A DNA stretch of 64,000 nucleotides from an uncultured Methanosarcinales archaeon. Its GTDB lineage: Archaea > Nanobdellota > Nanobdellia > Woesearchaeales > JAHJBD01. Both the position numbers and the translations under genes were made by a program. Location: assembly GCA_964534665.1 (NCBI GenBank), contig CAZHRT010000001.1, positions 76,037-140,036 on the forward strand, read 5' to 3'. The notes beneath the pieces are model-generated. The model had not been told where the DNA came from. It ran no database searches and saw nothing but the letters and a program-made list of their open reading frames with translations. Shown one piece after another: positions 28,724 to 38,656 of this stretch (positions are counted from its first letter, which is position 1; every line of letters begins with the position of its first letter).

Positions 28724-30052
28724 ATGCCTAAAAAAGGAATTGTACCGTTATATTATGTTGTAATGGCACACCCAAATGATGGAACTGTTGTTCCAATGCC
28801 TCCATCACAGTTTGCTATTGCTGAAGTAGCTTCACGTACAAGACAAGAATTAACAGATTTATTAGCACAAATTAACACAAGATTCTTAGATGGTTCAAAC
28901 GATTTACCATTTCTAAAACAAGCATGGGAACAAGATTTCAGAGGTCAAAAAGCAGAAAGCGCTTTTACTATTGCAGACCTAGAACATGCAGTAAAATGTG
29001 AATTAAGACCTGCTGCAAGACATGTTGTTTATAGCGGAGAGAGTATTCCGTCTTATAATTTAGTTAGACAAGAAGCATTTGGTAATGGGGAATTAGAAAC
29101 AAGAAAAGGTATGATGAAATCAGCATCACATCACGACCAAGCATCATTATCTATAAAAGCAATTCAAAGTGGTGTAGGAAAAGAAGCAGGAAAGTATAGG
29201 GATGTTACATTTAGGGCACCATTCCTAATAGAAGATGGTGGTGAAGTATTCATTAATCCTGCATACCTTGCAGATTGCACTTGTAGGGCACACAGTAAAC
29301 AAGTTGCTAGAGATTTAAGAACACCACAAAGAAATACCTATTTAGTATGCCACCACATTGCTGCTGGAATAAGAGAATTATATCTAGAAAAAGAAAGAAT
29401 TGTTCCGATAAGAATTAAAGGGTTAAGCAATAGAAGTTTAAGAGGACAAAGAGGAGCAGTTCTTAACCCATATAACTTACATGAAAATCCAGAACTTGCT
29501 TTAGAAGCAGTTGTAAGAAGATTTGTATTTGGCCATAAACTTAGCGATATAGACAGATCATTAATGGATGAAGACATTTTCTCAACCCAATATCAAGATT
29601 TAAGAAATTCTAAACCTGGACAATTAAGAAGAGAAGTTGTTCAATCTACACAAAACTTTCCAGGAGTATATGGCAAAATTAAAGAAGAAATGATCTCTGC
29701 ACTTACAGAACATGGATATGAATATTTAGGAAATGCAATTTCATTTAGAGACACAGAATATGAAACAGTCTCAAAAGTATTCGGAAATAGGCATAGTGGC
29801 AAAATGATACATATACTATATGATCCTTCAGTTGGTATAAACAGCCCTCATTTCTTATTAAAACTCAGACCAGGACAAGTAGACACCCAATATGGTGATC
29901 CTTTAAATCAACTGCCAGACAACCCAGTAGCGTGTGTAAACAGGCCCTTTTTAGAAACAGATGATATGACTGGTGTTGATAGAGTATCTTTAGTAAAAAC
30001 ACCAGTTAGCATACTAACAGTAAATGCCAGAAAACAATTATATACAGAATAA
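28724..30052 (+). CDS. Hypothetical protein with a SWIM-type zinc finger
   Basis: ADCTC-x(n)-CHHI (CxC...CxH). Confidence 0.75.
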   Translation: MPKKGIVPLYYVVMAHPNDGTVVPMPPSQFAIAEVASRTRQELTDLLAQINTRFLDGSNDLPFLKQAWEQDFRGQKAESAFTIADLEHAVKCELRPAARHVVYSGESIPSYNLVRQEAFGNGELETRKGMMKSASHHDQASLSIKAIQSGVGKEAGKYRDVTFRAPFLIEDGGEVFINPAYLADCTCRAHSKQVARDLRTPQRNTYLVCHHIAAGIRELYLEKERIVPIRIKGLSNRSLRGQRGAVLNPYNLHENPELALEAVVRRFVFGHKLSDIDRSLMDEDIFSTQYQDLRNSKPGQLRREVVQSTQNFPGVYGKIKEEMISALTEHGYEYLGNAISFRDTEYETVSKVFGNRHSGKMIHILYDPSVGINSPHFLLKLRPGQVDTQYGDPLNQLPDNPVACVNRPFLETDDMTGVDRVSLVKTPVSILTVNARKQLYTE

Positions 30053-30057
30053 AAAAA

Positions 30058-30333
30058 TTATTCAGCAGCTTCTTCTTCAGAACTATGACTTGGTATAGCT
30101 GCTTTGCTAATAATCATTATATCACCAATACTCTTAACTAATTGATGAGGAACAATTACTCCTTTAGCAGAACCCAATACTTGTGATAAGAACGAATTCT
30201 TTGTTGCACGCACTCTCCACCCGAATACTTTTGTTTGTGTTAATATTGATTCTTCAATATCTCCAAAATATTCGCCTTGATCTGTAAATACGCGCATATC
30301 ATAAGTTCCGGAAATTCTTTTCATCTTTAGCAT
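30058..30333 (-). CDS. PRC-barrel protein (CdpB-like cell-division family)
   Basis: MRVFTDQGEYFGDIEE...IVPHQLVKSIGDIMII; ATG 30333 follows a GGTGG Shine-Dalgarno. Confidence 0.85.
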   Translation of the reverse strand: MLKMKRISGTYDMRVFTDQGEYFGDIEESILTQTKVFGWRVRATKNSFLSQVLGSAKGVIVPHQLVKSIGDIMIISKAAIPSHSSEEEAAE

Positions 30334-30408
30334 GCAAACCACCTTTTAAATTTATAATATGATAGTAAACGTTTAGATTTATATATCTTTTGATTTTCTA
30401 GTCTATAT

Positions 30409-31107
30409 ATGCAATACCAAAACTTAACTTTGATTGGAACAAGCCATATCGCAAAACAAAGCTTAAAAGACGTCAAAGACGCTATAGAACTTGGTAAACC
30501 AGACATTGTTTGCTTAGAATTAGATCCAAAAAGATATTATGCACTTTTACATAACAAAAAAGGTAAAATCAGAATATATGATATCAAAAGAATAGGCATA
30601 AAAGGGTTTATTTTTTCATTAATTGGTGCATGGGCAGAAAAAAAGTTAGGTGAAGCAGTGGGTGTTACCCCTGGTTCTGAGATGATAAAAGCTATTAAAT
30701 TATCTAAAAAGTACAAAATAAGGGTATCTTTAATAGATCAAGATATTGAACTTACACTTAAAAAATTAAACAAATCTATAACTTGGAAAGAAAGATGGAA
30801 TTTTGTTAAAGATATATTAAAAGCTATTATTTTCAGAAAAAAAGAAATTGAATTTGATCTTACAAAAGTTCCTGAGAAAAAGATAATTGATAAACTAATA
30901 AAAGAAGTTAAACAAAAATATCCTAACATATACAGGGTTTTGGTAAAAGAAAGAAACGAATTCATGGCTAAAAATCTAGCAAACCTACTAAATAATAACC
31001 CAGATAAAAAGATATTAGCAATAGTTGGTGCAGGACATGAAGAAGAAATGATTAAGATTATTAAAAAAACTAAACAAGATATAACATACTCTTATAGTCT
31101 TGGCTAA
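30409..31107 (+). CDS. TraB/GumN family protein
   Basis: LIGTSH, VCLELD, PGSEM, LIDQDI, ERNEFMA, VGAGH. Confidence 0.9.
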   Translation: MQYQNLTLIGTSHIAKQSLKDVKDAIELGKPDIVCLELDPKRYYALLHNKKGKIRIYDIKRIGIKGFIFSLIGAWAEKKLGEAVGVTPGSEMIKAIKLSKKYKIRVSLIDQDIELTLKKLNKSITWKERWNFVKDILKAIIFRKKEIEFDLTKVPEKKIIDKLIKEVKQKYPNIYRVLVKERNEFMAKNLANLLNNNPDKKILAIVGAGHEEEMIKIIKKTKQDITYSYSLG

Positions 31108-31154
31108 ACTAAAAAACAAAATTCTTATATATCTGAATAGCAAATAAAACTAAT

Positions 31155-31922
31155 ATGGGCGAATTCATAGATATGGGAGCTAAACTTAAGAAATATTACA
31201 AGTTTACTCCTTCAGAACTTAGAGGAATTATTGTATCAATAATAGTATTAGCATTTATAGTATCTTTTGCAAAATGGGGTCCTGGAAATGAAATTGATGT
31301 AGGGTTTGGTTTATTCAATCTAATAAATGCAACATTAATATTTACTCTTGCTTTCATTATACATTATAGTGCACAAAAGGTTGCAGCTTTAAGCGTAGGT
31401 TATAACATTGAATACAAAGTTTGGAGTTATGGTTTATTAATAGCTTTATTACTTGCTTTCTTAACAAAAGGTTTTATTTGGTTTTTAATCCCAGGTGGAA
31501 TAATACACCACCATCTTGCAGGACACAAATTAGGTTTTTTTAGATATGGGTTAAATTATTTCGCTGTTGGCGTTACATCATTAATGGGGGCAGTTGCAAA
31601 CATATTATTTGCAATTATGCTAAGAATAATAAATATAGCCTTAAACAGTACAATTATTGATTACGCAATTATCATAAATCTTTGGTATGCTGTATGGAGT
31701 GTTTTACCAATTCCTCCAGCAGATGGAAGCAGAATGTTCTTTGGTAGTAGAATGGTTTATATATTTGGACTTGTAGCAATAGTAGCAGGCGCAGGATTGC
31801 TTCATCCAGCATTTAATATACCAATCTGGTTTGCAGTTATTGGATCGCTGTTAATAGCTTTAATTGCCTGGCTATTATATTATATATTTTGGGAAAAAGG
31901 CTTTTGGAAAGGACCATACTAA
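31155..31922 (+). CDS. M50 (site-2 protease)-like membrane protein lacking the HExxH motif
   Basis: Multi-TM; HYSAQ in place of HExxH; LPIPPADG motif retained. Confidence 0.75.
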   Translation: MGEFIDMGAKLKKYYKFTPSELRGIIVSIIVLAFIVSFAKWGPGNEIDVGFGLFNLINATLIFTLAFIIHYSAQKVAALSVGYNIEYKVWSYGLLIALLLAFLTKGFIWFLIPGGIIHHHLAGHKLGFFRYGLNYFAVGVTSLMGAVANILFAIMLRIINIALNSTIIDYAIIINLWYAVWSVLPIPPADGSRMFFGSRMVYIFGLVAIVAGAGLLHPAFNIPIWFAVIGSLLIALIAWLLYYIFWEKGFWKGPY

Positions 31923-31923
31923 A

Positions 31924-32244
31924 ATGAGTTACCAAAAAAAGTGGGCTGAAGTTTTATTTTTCACATTGTTAGTTATAGGTTTTATCATATCATTATTTTC
32001 AGGTAGCGCAGTAATCAGTTATTTAATCATTTTTATAACTGGTATGATGGCTGGCCGCCTAATATTCGAAAGAAAAGGTAAATTAAAGTTTGCTTATTAT
32101 TTAATCATTATAGGTTTTCTTATTGGATACATCCTTGGAGCTTTTTACGGTAACAGAAACATTACAATTATATTATTTATATTGGGCGCTTTATTAAGTT
32201 ATTATTTACATGATAGGAAAATAATAAAAACAACCCAATATTAG
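31924..32244 (+). CDS. Small hydrophobic membrane protein
   Basis: Four TM segments; start set to ATG 31924, just after the upstream stop. Confidence 0.75.
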   Translation: MSYQKKWAEVLFFTLLVIGFIISLFSGSAVISYLIIFITGMMAGRLIFERKGKLKFAYYLIIIGFLIGYILGAFYGNRNITIILFILGALLSYYLHDRKIIKTTQY

Positions 32245-32252
32245 TTATTTCT

Positions 32253-32813
32253 ATGAAAATTGCTGAAAATGTATGGAAAGTGAATGTTGACAGTAATATC
32301 TATTTCATTGATGAAGATGAAAAGATAATCATTGATGCTGGACCTAAAACACATAGAGAAGATGTAATCAGTGAATTAAGTAAATTTGTTGACGTAAACA
32401 AAATTGATAAAGTTATCTTCACTCATTTACACTATGATCATATGGGCAATTTTGATTTATTCCCTAATGCAAGATTCTTTGCATCTGAACAAGAAATTAA
32501 AGATTTTGAAGAAAACGCTCTAGGCGCAACCGTAGGTCTAGACCCATTACTACTTTCTAAATTTAAAAAAATCAAATTAGAACCTCTAGAAGACATGAAT
32601 GGTCTAAAAATAATCCCTACACCAGGCCATACAAAAGGTTCAATTTGTTTATACTACGAAAAAGAAAAGGTCTTATTTACAGGGGACACAAAATTTGAGA
32701 ACGGTATGGGTAGAATTGACTTGCCTACATCCTCTCCAGAAGAAATGCAAAACTCTCTGAATAAAATTGAAGAAATTGATTATGTTGTTCTAGCACCAGG
32801 CCATGATTATTAA
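32253..32813 (+). CDS. MBL-fold metallo-hydrolase (glyoxalase II-like)
   Basis: THLHYDH, TPGHTKG, FTGD, PGH. Confidence 0.9.
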   Translation: MKIAENVWKVNVDSNIYFIDEDEKIIIDAGPKTHREDVISELSKFVDVNKIDKVIFTHLHYDHMGNFDLFPNARFFASEQEIKDFEENALGATVGLDPLLLSKFKKIKLEPLEDMNGLKIIPTPGHTKGSICLYYEKEKVLFTGDTKFENGMGRIDLPTSSPEEMQNSLNKIEEIDYVVLAPGHDY

Positions 32814-32855
32814 GAAAATATATAAACAAACTTAGCTTCCTTCTAAAGTGATTAA

Positions 32856-35063
32856 ATGATAAAATTTCAGCCTAGGCTTTACCAACAAACAATATTTAAT
32901 TCTTGTACCTCGAAAAACACCTTAGTTGTACTTCCAACAGGCATGGGCAAAACAAACATTTTCTTAATGTTAGCAGCACATAGAATTAAACTTTACCCAA
33001 ATTCAAAGATTCTATTCATTGGTCCAACTAGGCCTTTAATCGACCAATACCTAGAAAGTTTCAAAAAAGACTTTGAAATTAAAGAAGAAGAAATGGCAGT
33101 ATTTACTGGTCATGTTAAACCAGAAAAACGTGAAGAACTTTGGAAATCCTCAAAAATCATATTCTCAACTCCACAAGGACTTGAAAATGACATTATCTCA
33201 AGAAGAATTAAATTAGAAGAGGTTTCACTTTTAGGAGTTGATGAAGCACATAGGGCTGTTGGAGACTATGCTTATGTTTTTGTTGCAAAACAATATCAAC
33301 AAAAAGCACAATACCCAAGAATATTAGCGTTAACAGCATCTCCAGGTTCAGACATAGAAAAAATTTCAGAAGTTTGTCAAAATCTTTATATTGAAGATAT
33401 AGAAGTTAGAACTGATGAAGATCCAGATGTAAAACCATACGTCCAAGAAGTAAATATTAGTTGGGTTAAAGTGACACTTTCTCAAGATCTTCTAGAGGTT
33501 CATAAATATCTAAAAGATTTCTTAAAAAGTCGACTTGAAAAACTTAAACAGCAAGGAGTTTTACATAGAGCAGACGTAAAATATGTTAGTAAATCAGATT
33601 TGTTACAATTACAAGGTCAATTAAGAGGTCGAGCTACAGCCGAACAAGATTTCACAATATGGGCTGCAATATCTGTATTAGCAGAAATTATGAAAATGCA
33701 ACATGCACTTGAATTATTAGAAACTCAAGGTGTTACTTCCCTACATAATTATCTACAAAAACTTAACCAAGAAGGATTTAAAGGAAAAACCAAAGCAATC
33801 AAAAATATTGTAAAAGATCTAAATTTCAGAACTGCTTTAATCAAAGCAGAAAGGATGTATGAAGAAAAAATAGAACATCCTAAACTTATCGAACTCCAAA
33901 AGATTATTAGTACAGAAGTTAAAAAAAATCCTAATTTAAAATTAATAGTTTTTAATCAATACAGGGACAACGCAGCAGATATTGCTGAAAAATTAAACAA
34001 TTTAGAGAACCTAAAAGCGCAATTATTTGTTGGTCAAACAAAAAAAGGCGAAACAGGCATGACTCAAAAAAAACAAAAAGAAGTTCTAGATGATTTTAGA
34101 GCAGGAGGATTTAATGTTTTAGTTGCAACTTCTGTTGCTGAAGAAGGTCTTGATATTCCCAGTGTAGATTTAGTAATATTTTACGAGCCAATACCTTCTG
34201 CAATAAGGCATATTCAACGTCGTGGAAGAACAGGACGTCAAGAAAAAGGTAAATGTATTATTTTAATGACAAAAGACACGCGAGATGAAGGTTACAGATG
34301 GAGTGCACACCACAAAGAAAAAAGAATGCATCGAACATTAAAGGATCTAAAAAGTAATTTATCAAAAGTCATCTCACCAAAATCAAATGGGTTAAACAAA
34401 TACATAGAAAAATCAACAGAAACAGTTATATTTGCTGACCACCGTGAAAAAGCCTCAGGAGTTATTAAAGAATTAATTAATAATGGAATTAAATTAAACC
34501 TAGAAAAACTAGATTCTGCAGATTATCTTCTTTCTTCAAGAGTAGGTGTTGAATTTAAAACAAATGAAGACTTTGTTAATTCTATTATCGACGGAAGATT
34601 ATTAATGCAAGTTAAACAACTAAAAAGAAACTTTGAAAGGCCATTAATCATTATTGAAGGTACAGAAGACATATACTCAATAAGAAATATTCATTCAAAC
34701 GCAATCATGGGAATGTTATCTATGATTGCTATAAGCTATGGTATCCCAATAATATCAACAAAAAATCACAAAGAAACAGCCTCTTTAATGCAAATCATTG
34801 CTAAAAGAGAACAAGAAGAAACAGGTAAGAACTTTACACCACATTCAGAAAAACGAGTTTCAACATTAAAAGAACAACAAGAATATTTTGTTTCTTCCTT
34901 ACCAGGCATTGGCATGACACTAGCTAAACCATTACTTAAAGAATTCAAGTCTGTTAAGAATCTTATTAACGCTAAAAAAGAAGATTTAGAAAAAGTTGAA
35001 AAGATAGGACCAAAAAAAGCCGAAGAATTAAAAAAAGTCTTCGACGGTGAATATTTACCTTAA
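32856..35063 (+). CDS. hef: Hef/FANCM-like DEAH helicase-ERCC4 nuclease
   Basis: PTGMGKT, DEAH, TAS, QRRGRTGR; ERCC4 domain and HhH pair at the C-terminus. Confidence 0.95.
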   Translation: MIKFQPRLYQQTIFNSCTSKNTLVVLPTGMGKTNIFLMLAAHRIKLYPNSKILFIGPTRPLIDQYLESFKKDFEIKEEEMAVFTGHVKPEKREELWKSSKIIFSTPQGLENDIISRRIKLEEVSLLGVDEAHRAVGDYAYVFVAKQYQQKAQYPRILALTASPGSDIEKISEVCQNLYIEDIEVRTDEDPDVKPYVQEVNISWVKVTLSQDLLEVHKYLKDFLKSRLEKLKQQGVLHRADVKYVSKSDLLQLQGQLRGRATAEQDFTIWAAISVLAEIMKMQHALELLETQGVTSLHNYLQKLNQEGFKGKTKAIKNIVKDLNFRTALIKAERMYEEKIEHPKLIELQKIISTEVKKNPNLKLIVFNQYRDNAADIAEKLNNLENLKAQLFVGQTKKGETGMTQKKQKEVLDDFRAGGFNVLVATSVAEEGLDIPSVDLVIFYEPIPSAIRHIQRRGRTGRQEKGKCIILMTKDTRDEGYRWSAHHKEKRMHRTLKDLKSNLSKVISPKSNGLNKYIEKSTETVIFADHREKASGVIKELINNGIKLNLEKLDSADYLLSSRVGVEFKTNEDFVNSIIDGRLLMQVKQLKRNFERPLIIIEGTEDIYSIRNIHSNAIMGMLSMIAISYGIPIISTKNHKETASLMQIIAKREQEETGKNFTPHSEKRVSTLKEQQEYFVSSLPGIGMTLAKPLLKEFKSVKNLINAKKEDLEKVEKIGPKKAEELKKVFDGEYLP

Positions 35064-35378
35064 CCCTTCAATACAACTAATCTTAGTATTCCTTTGCAAC
35101 CACTCTCTAAACTTATGATCTACTTTTACTCCAACATTTTGCAACCCAGAATTTAACTTACCATACAATTCCTTACCCTTTTTATCAAAATCAGTTAAAA
35201 TTACAACTTCCATTCCAGATAATTCTTCAACAACCTCAAATATGGCCATTCTTGAAAGAGAAACAATATCATTCTTAACACCAATTCTTCGCAAAGCCCG
35301 AATATCATTAATACCTTCAACAAGTATCACTTTACCAGATTCATTAATATCCTCAACCCACTCGTCTAAAGAACTCAT
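35055..35378 (-). CDS. Small Toprim-domain protein
   Basis: ILVEGINDIRAL...ILTDFDKKG. Confidence 0.88.
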   Translation of the reverse strand: MSSLDEWVEDINESGKVILVEGINDIRALRRIGVKNDIVSLSRMAIFEVVEELSGMEVVILTDFDKKGKELYGKLNSGLQNVGVKVDHKFREWLQRNTKISCIEGLR

Positions 35379-35578
35379 TTTTTCTTTTTTCTCTTAAGAT
35401 ATTTCTTTAATTTATCTAATGTTTTCTTTTCTTTATGCCTTTCTAATATTGCAATCCCACCCAAAATCATAAATATACCCTGTAATATAGGTAAAAATAA
35501 TCCAAGAATACCTAATCCAATCAAACTCCAGCCTGCAAAATCCTTAAGCAGTTCCTTAAACTTACCTTCTTTTACCAT
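35375..35578 (-). CDS. Small membrane protein
   Basis: GWSLIGLGILGLFLPILQGIFMILGG hydrophobic hairpin; overlaps both neighbours. Confidence 0.75.
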   Translation of the reverse strand: MVKEGKFKELLKDFAGWSLIGLGILGLFLPILQGIFMILGGIAILERHKEKKTLDKLKKYLKRKKKK

Positions 35579-35957
35579 TAAAATAATCCTCTAAAATTTT
35601 TTTATGATCAAATGCAAGTTCAGGTAAATTGTCTTTATTAAATACTTTAGCTTGCTTAGCATCATCTAAACCTTTCAGTTCTCCAAAACCTTTAGCAGTA
35701 AATACAATAGACACTGTATGTCCCCTAGGATCCCGAGAAGCTTCTGAATAAGTATGAAACTGCTTTAAATCAGATACATCAAGATTAGTTTCTTCTTTAG
35801 CTTCCCGAGTTGCGGCATCTTCAACACTTTCACCAATATCAACAAACCCTCCAGGTATAGCCCAACCCAATGGTTCAAACTTTCTTTCAACTAATACAAT
35901 CCCGCCTTCAAACTCAATAATAGTATCTGCAGCTATTGAGGGTGTTTTTGGTCTCAT
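35562..35957 (-). CDS. NUDIX hydrolase
   Basis: PGGFVDIGESVEDAATREAKEETNL Nudix box; RDPR. Confidence 0.93.
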   Translation of the reverse strand: MRPKTPSIAADTIIEFEGGIVLVERKFEPLGWAIPGGFVDIGESVEDAATREAKEETNLDVSDLKQFHTYSEASRDPRGHTVSIVFTAKGFGELKGLDDAKQAKVFNKDNLPELAFDHKKILEDYFNGKRR

Positions 35958-36036
35958 AATTAATAAAGTAATCTAGAAATATATAAATCTGTAGGAAAAC
36001 AATATAAACTTCATTAACATACTTCTTCAGGGGGAA

Positions 36037-37521
36037 ATGCTAGATAAAGAGACTGCTTTAAAATATTATGGAAGAGAAGATGTTCAAAAAGCAATAGTTA
36101 AACATGCAAAAAATAAAGAAATTGCTGTTAGATTTAACGATTTCTTTGGAAAAAGACCAGACACCCTCAAATACCCTCGTGATGTATTAGAATTAGCAAA
36201 ACAAGGTGCAACTTCTTTTCACTGTTCAGAAGAATTATGGGAAAATCCATTACATATTACCTCAAGTATGAAAAAAAAAGATGTAGAGGAACTCAGAATT
36301 GGTTGGGACATTGTTCTCGACATTGACTGCCCATATTGGAACCTTGCTAAAATTACAACTTGGTTATTAATAAAAACATTAAAAGACCTCCATGTTAATT
36401 CAATTGCAGTTAAATTTTCAGGTAACAAAGGATTCCATATTGGGGTTCCATTCGAAGCATTACCTCAAACAATAGGAGAAATAAAAACAAAAGATATGTT
36501 TCCTGAAGCTGCAAGAAACATTGCAAGTTATTTATTAGACTACATTAAAAATAAACAAATACAAGTTAAAGATGACGGCAACATAATTTTCGGAAACAAA
36601 TTTAAAATTTCTTTTCAAAAATTAAAAGAATCCACAGGTAAAGATATCGACGAACTAACTGAAAAATTCTGTTCTGATTGTAACAACAAAGTAAAAGGCA
36701 ACATAACTGACTCTTCAACAGAATTTGTATGTAAACATTGCGAATCAAGAATAAGTAGCAAAGAAGATTATGTAAAATGTCCAAAATGTAATATTTTTAT
36801 GGAAAAGTTTCAAGAAAAAAAATCATTATGTAAATGTGGCTCAAATTCATATTACAGAACATTTAATCCTTTATCAATAATCGAAGTGGATACCATACTA
36901 ATTTCAAGTAGACACCTTTATAGAATGCCATTTTCTTTACATGAAAAGTCTGGTTTAGCGTCAATACCAATAGATCCAGACAAGATCTTAACTTTTGATA
37001 AAAAATTAGCAAAACCAGAATATGTAATAACAAATAAAGAATTTATTGATAGAAATATTGAATCTTCAAATGCATTGGAGGCTGCAATCGCTTATCAACA
37101 AGAAAAACCAAAAGAAGAAGCAACTAAGAACTTTGAAGCACCAGAAGAAGCTGTTCCTGAAGATTTATTTCCACCTTGTATAAAAAAAGTGTTAGGTGGA
37201 GTAGAAGACGGAAGAAAACGTGCAGTGTTTATTTTAACTAATTTCTTAGTAAGTGTTGGATGGAGTTATGATATGATTGACACTCGACTAAAAGAATGGA
37301 ATGAAAATAATTCCGAGCCTTTAAGAGAAGTATACATTAATGGTCAAACAAGATATCACAAACAAAATCAAAAAAAGATTCTTCCACCAAACTGTGCTAA
37401 CCAAATGTATTACAAAGACCTTTTGATATGCCTACCTGATAATTTATGTAAAAGTATCAAGAATCCTGTAAATTATGCTATTAGAAAAGCAAGATATCTA
37501 AACAAAAAGGCAAAATCATGA
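36037..37521 (+). CDS. Fused DNA primase (PriS catalytic domain plus PriL-type C-terminal domain)
   Basis: WDIVLDID, SGNKGFH, Zn-ribbon insert, then FPPC...PPNC..C..C Fe-S ligands. Confidence 0.9.
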   Translation: MLDKETALKYYGREDVQKAIVKHAKNKEIAVRFNDFFGKRPDTLKYPRDVLELAKQGATSFHCSEELWENPLHITSSMKKKDVEELRIGWDIVLDIDCPYWNLAKITTWLLIKTLKDLHVNSIAVKFSGNKGFHIGVPFEALPQTIGEIKTKDMFPEAARNIASYLLDYIKNKQIQVKDDGNIIFGNKFKISFQKLKESTGKDIDELTEKFCSDCNNKVKGNITDSSTEFVCKHCESRISSKEDYVKCPKCNIFMEKFQEKKSLCKCGSNSYYRTFNPLSIIEVDTILISSRHLYRMPFSLHEKSGLASIPIDPDKILTFDKKLAKPEYVITNKEFIDRNIESSNALEAAIAYQQEKPKEEATKNFEAPEEAVPEDLFPPCIKKVLGGVEDGRKRAVFILTNFLVSVGWSYDMIDTRLKEWNENNSEPLREVYINGQTRYHKQNQKKILPPNCANQMYYKDLLICLPDNLCKSIKNPVNYAIRKARYLNKKAKS

Positions 37522-37690
37522 CTGTCTAATAGCAATGTTTATAAATAAACCAGAGTTTCTTTTATAAGTGTTTAAATAACGGTTTTAAACATTGTACACT
37601 GCCTGGGAAGAAACTTCTACAGTACAACTTTATTCTAGAAGAAATTATCTAACAGCGCATTGTTATAAACGAGGTTTTTAAAGCAAACAA

Positions 37691-38656
37691 ATGCCAAATA
37701 TTCGAAATCCAAGAAGTGGAAGTATGCAGTTTTGGCCTAGAAAAAGGTCAAAGAGAGTTTATGCTAGAGTTAAATCTTGGGCTAAAGTCAAAGATGCAAA
37801 ACTACTTGGTTTTGCAGGCTACAAAGTTGGCATGACACATGCAATAATCATTGATAATAAACAAAAATCAATCACAAAAGGTCAAGAAATTTCTTGTCCA
37901 ATAACAGTGATTGAATGTCCACCTTTAAAATCTGCTTCTATTCGTTTCTACAAAAAAACAATTGATGGCTTAAAAGTCGTTTCTGAAATCTTTGCTGAAA
38001 ATCTTGATAAAGAACTTAAAAGAAAAATTATTATGCCAAAAAGTGTTAAGAAAAAGATTGAAGATATTAAAGAATATGATGACATTACCCTTCTTGTTTA
38101 CACTCAACCAAAACTTACAGGTATTGGAAGGAAAAAACCTGAAATTTTTGAAATAGGTTTAGGCGGAAACAAAGAAGATAAACTAAAATTTGCTCAAGAA
38201 AAACTGGGTAAAGAAATCCCTATTACAGAAGTATTCGAACCAGGTCAACAAATGGATATCCATGCAGTTACTACAGGAAAAGGTTTTCAAGGTCCTGTTA
38301 AACGATTTGGTATTTCTTTAAGACAAAAAAAGTCTGAAAAATCTGTTAGAAACCCAGGTTCATTAGGTGGCTGGAGTGCACAAGGTCATGTTATGTATCG
38401 AGTAGCTCACGCAGGAAAAATGGGTTATCATAAAAGAACTGATTATAATAAGATCCTTCTTCAAATTAATGATAAACCTGAGGAAGTTAATAGAAAAGGT
38501 GGCTTTGGTAAATACGGCCTTGTTAAAAATACATATATATTAGTAAGTGGAAGTGTTGCAGGACCTAAAAAAAGAATAATTAGATTTAATACTGCAATTA
38601 GACCAAATAAAAATATGCCAAATGAGGCACCAACAATATCATACTTAAGCAAATGA
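37691..38656 (+). CDS. rpl3: 50S ribosomal protein uL3
   Basis: PRSGSMQFWPRKR; GYKVGMTH; GKGFQGPVKRFG. Confidence 0.98.
   Translation: MPNIRNPRSGSMQFWPRKRSKRVYARVKSWAKVKDAKLLGFAGYKVGMTHAIIIDNKQKSITKGQEISCPITVIECPPLKSASIRFYKKTIDGLKVVSEIFAENLDKELKRKIIMPKSVKKKIEDIKEYDDITLLVYTQPKLTGIGRKKPEIFEIGLGGNKEDKLKFAQEKLGKEIPITEVFEPGQQMDIHAVTTGKGFQGPVKRFGISLRQKKSEKSVRNPGSLGGWSAQGHVMYRVAHAGKMGYHKRTDYNKILLQINDKPEEVNRKGGFGKYGLVKNTYILVSGSVAGPKKRIIRFNTAIRPNKNMPNEAPTISYLSK

Noticed and set aside
34540..34565. Hef nuclease motif reads VEFK rather than ERK
   Set aside because: The catalytic E and K and the upstream D are retained, so this is not evidence of inactivation.
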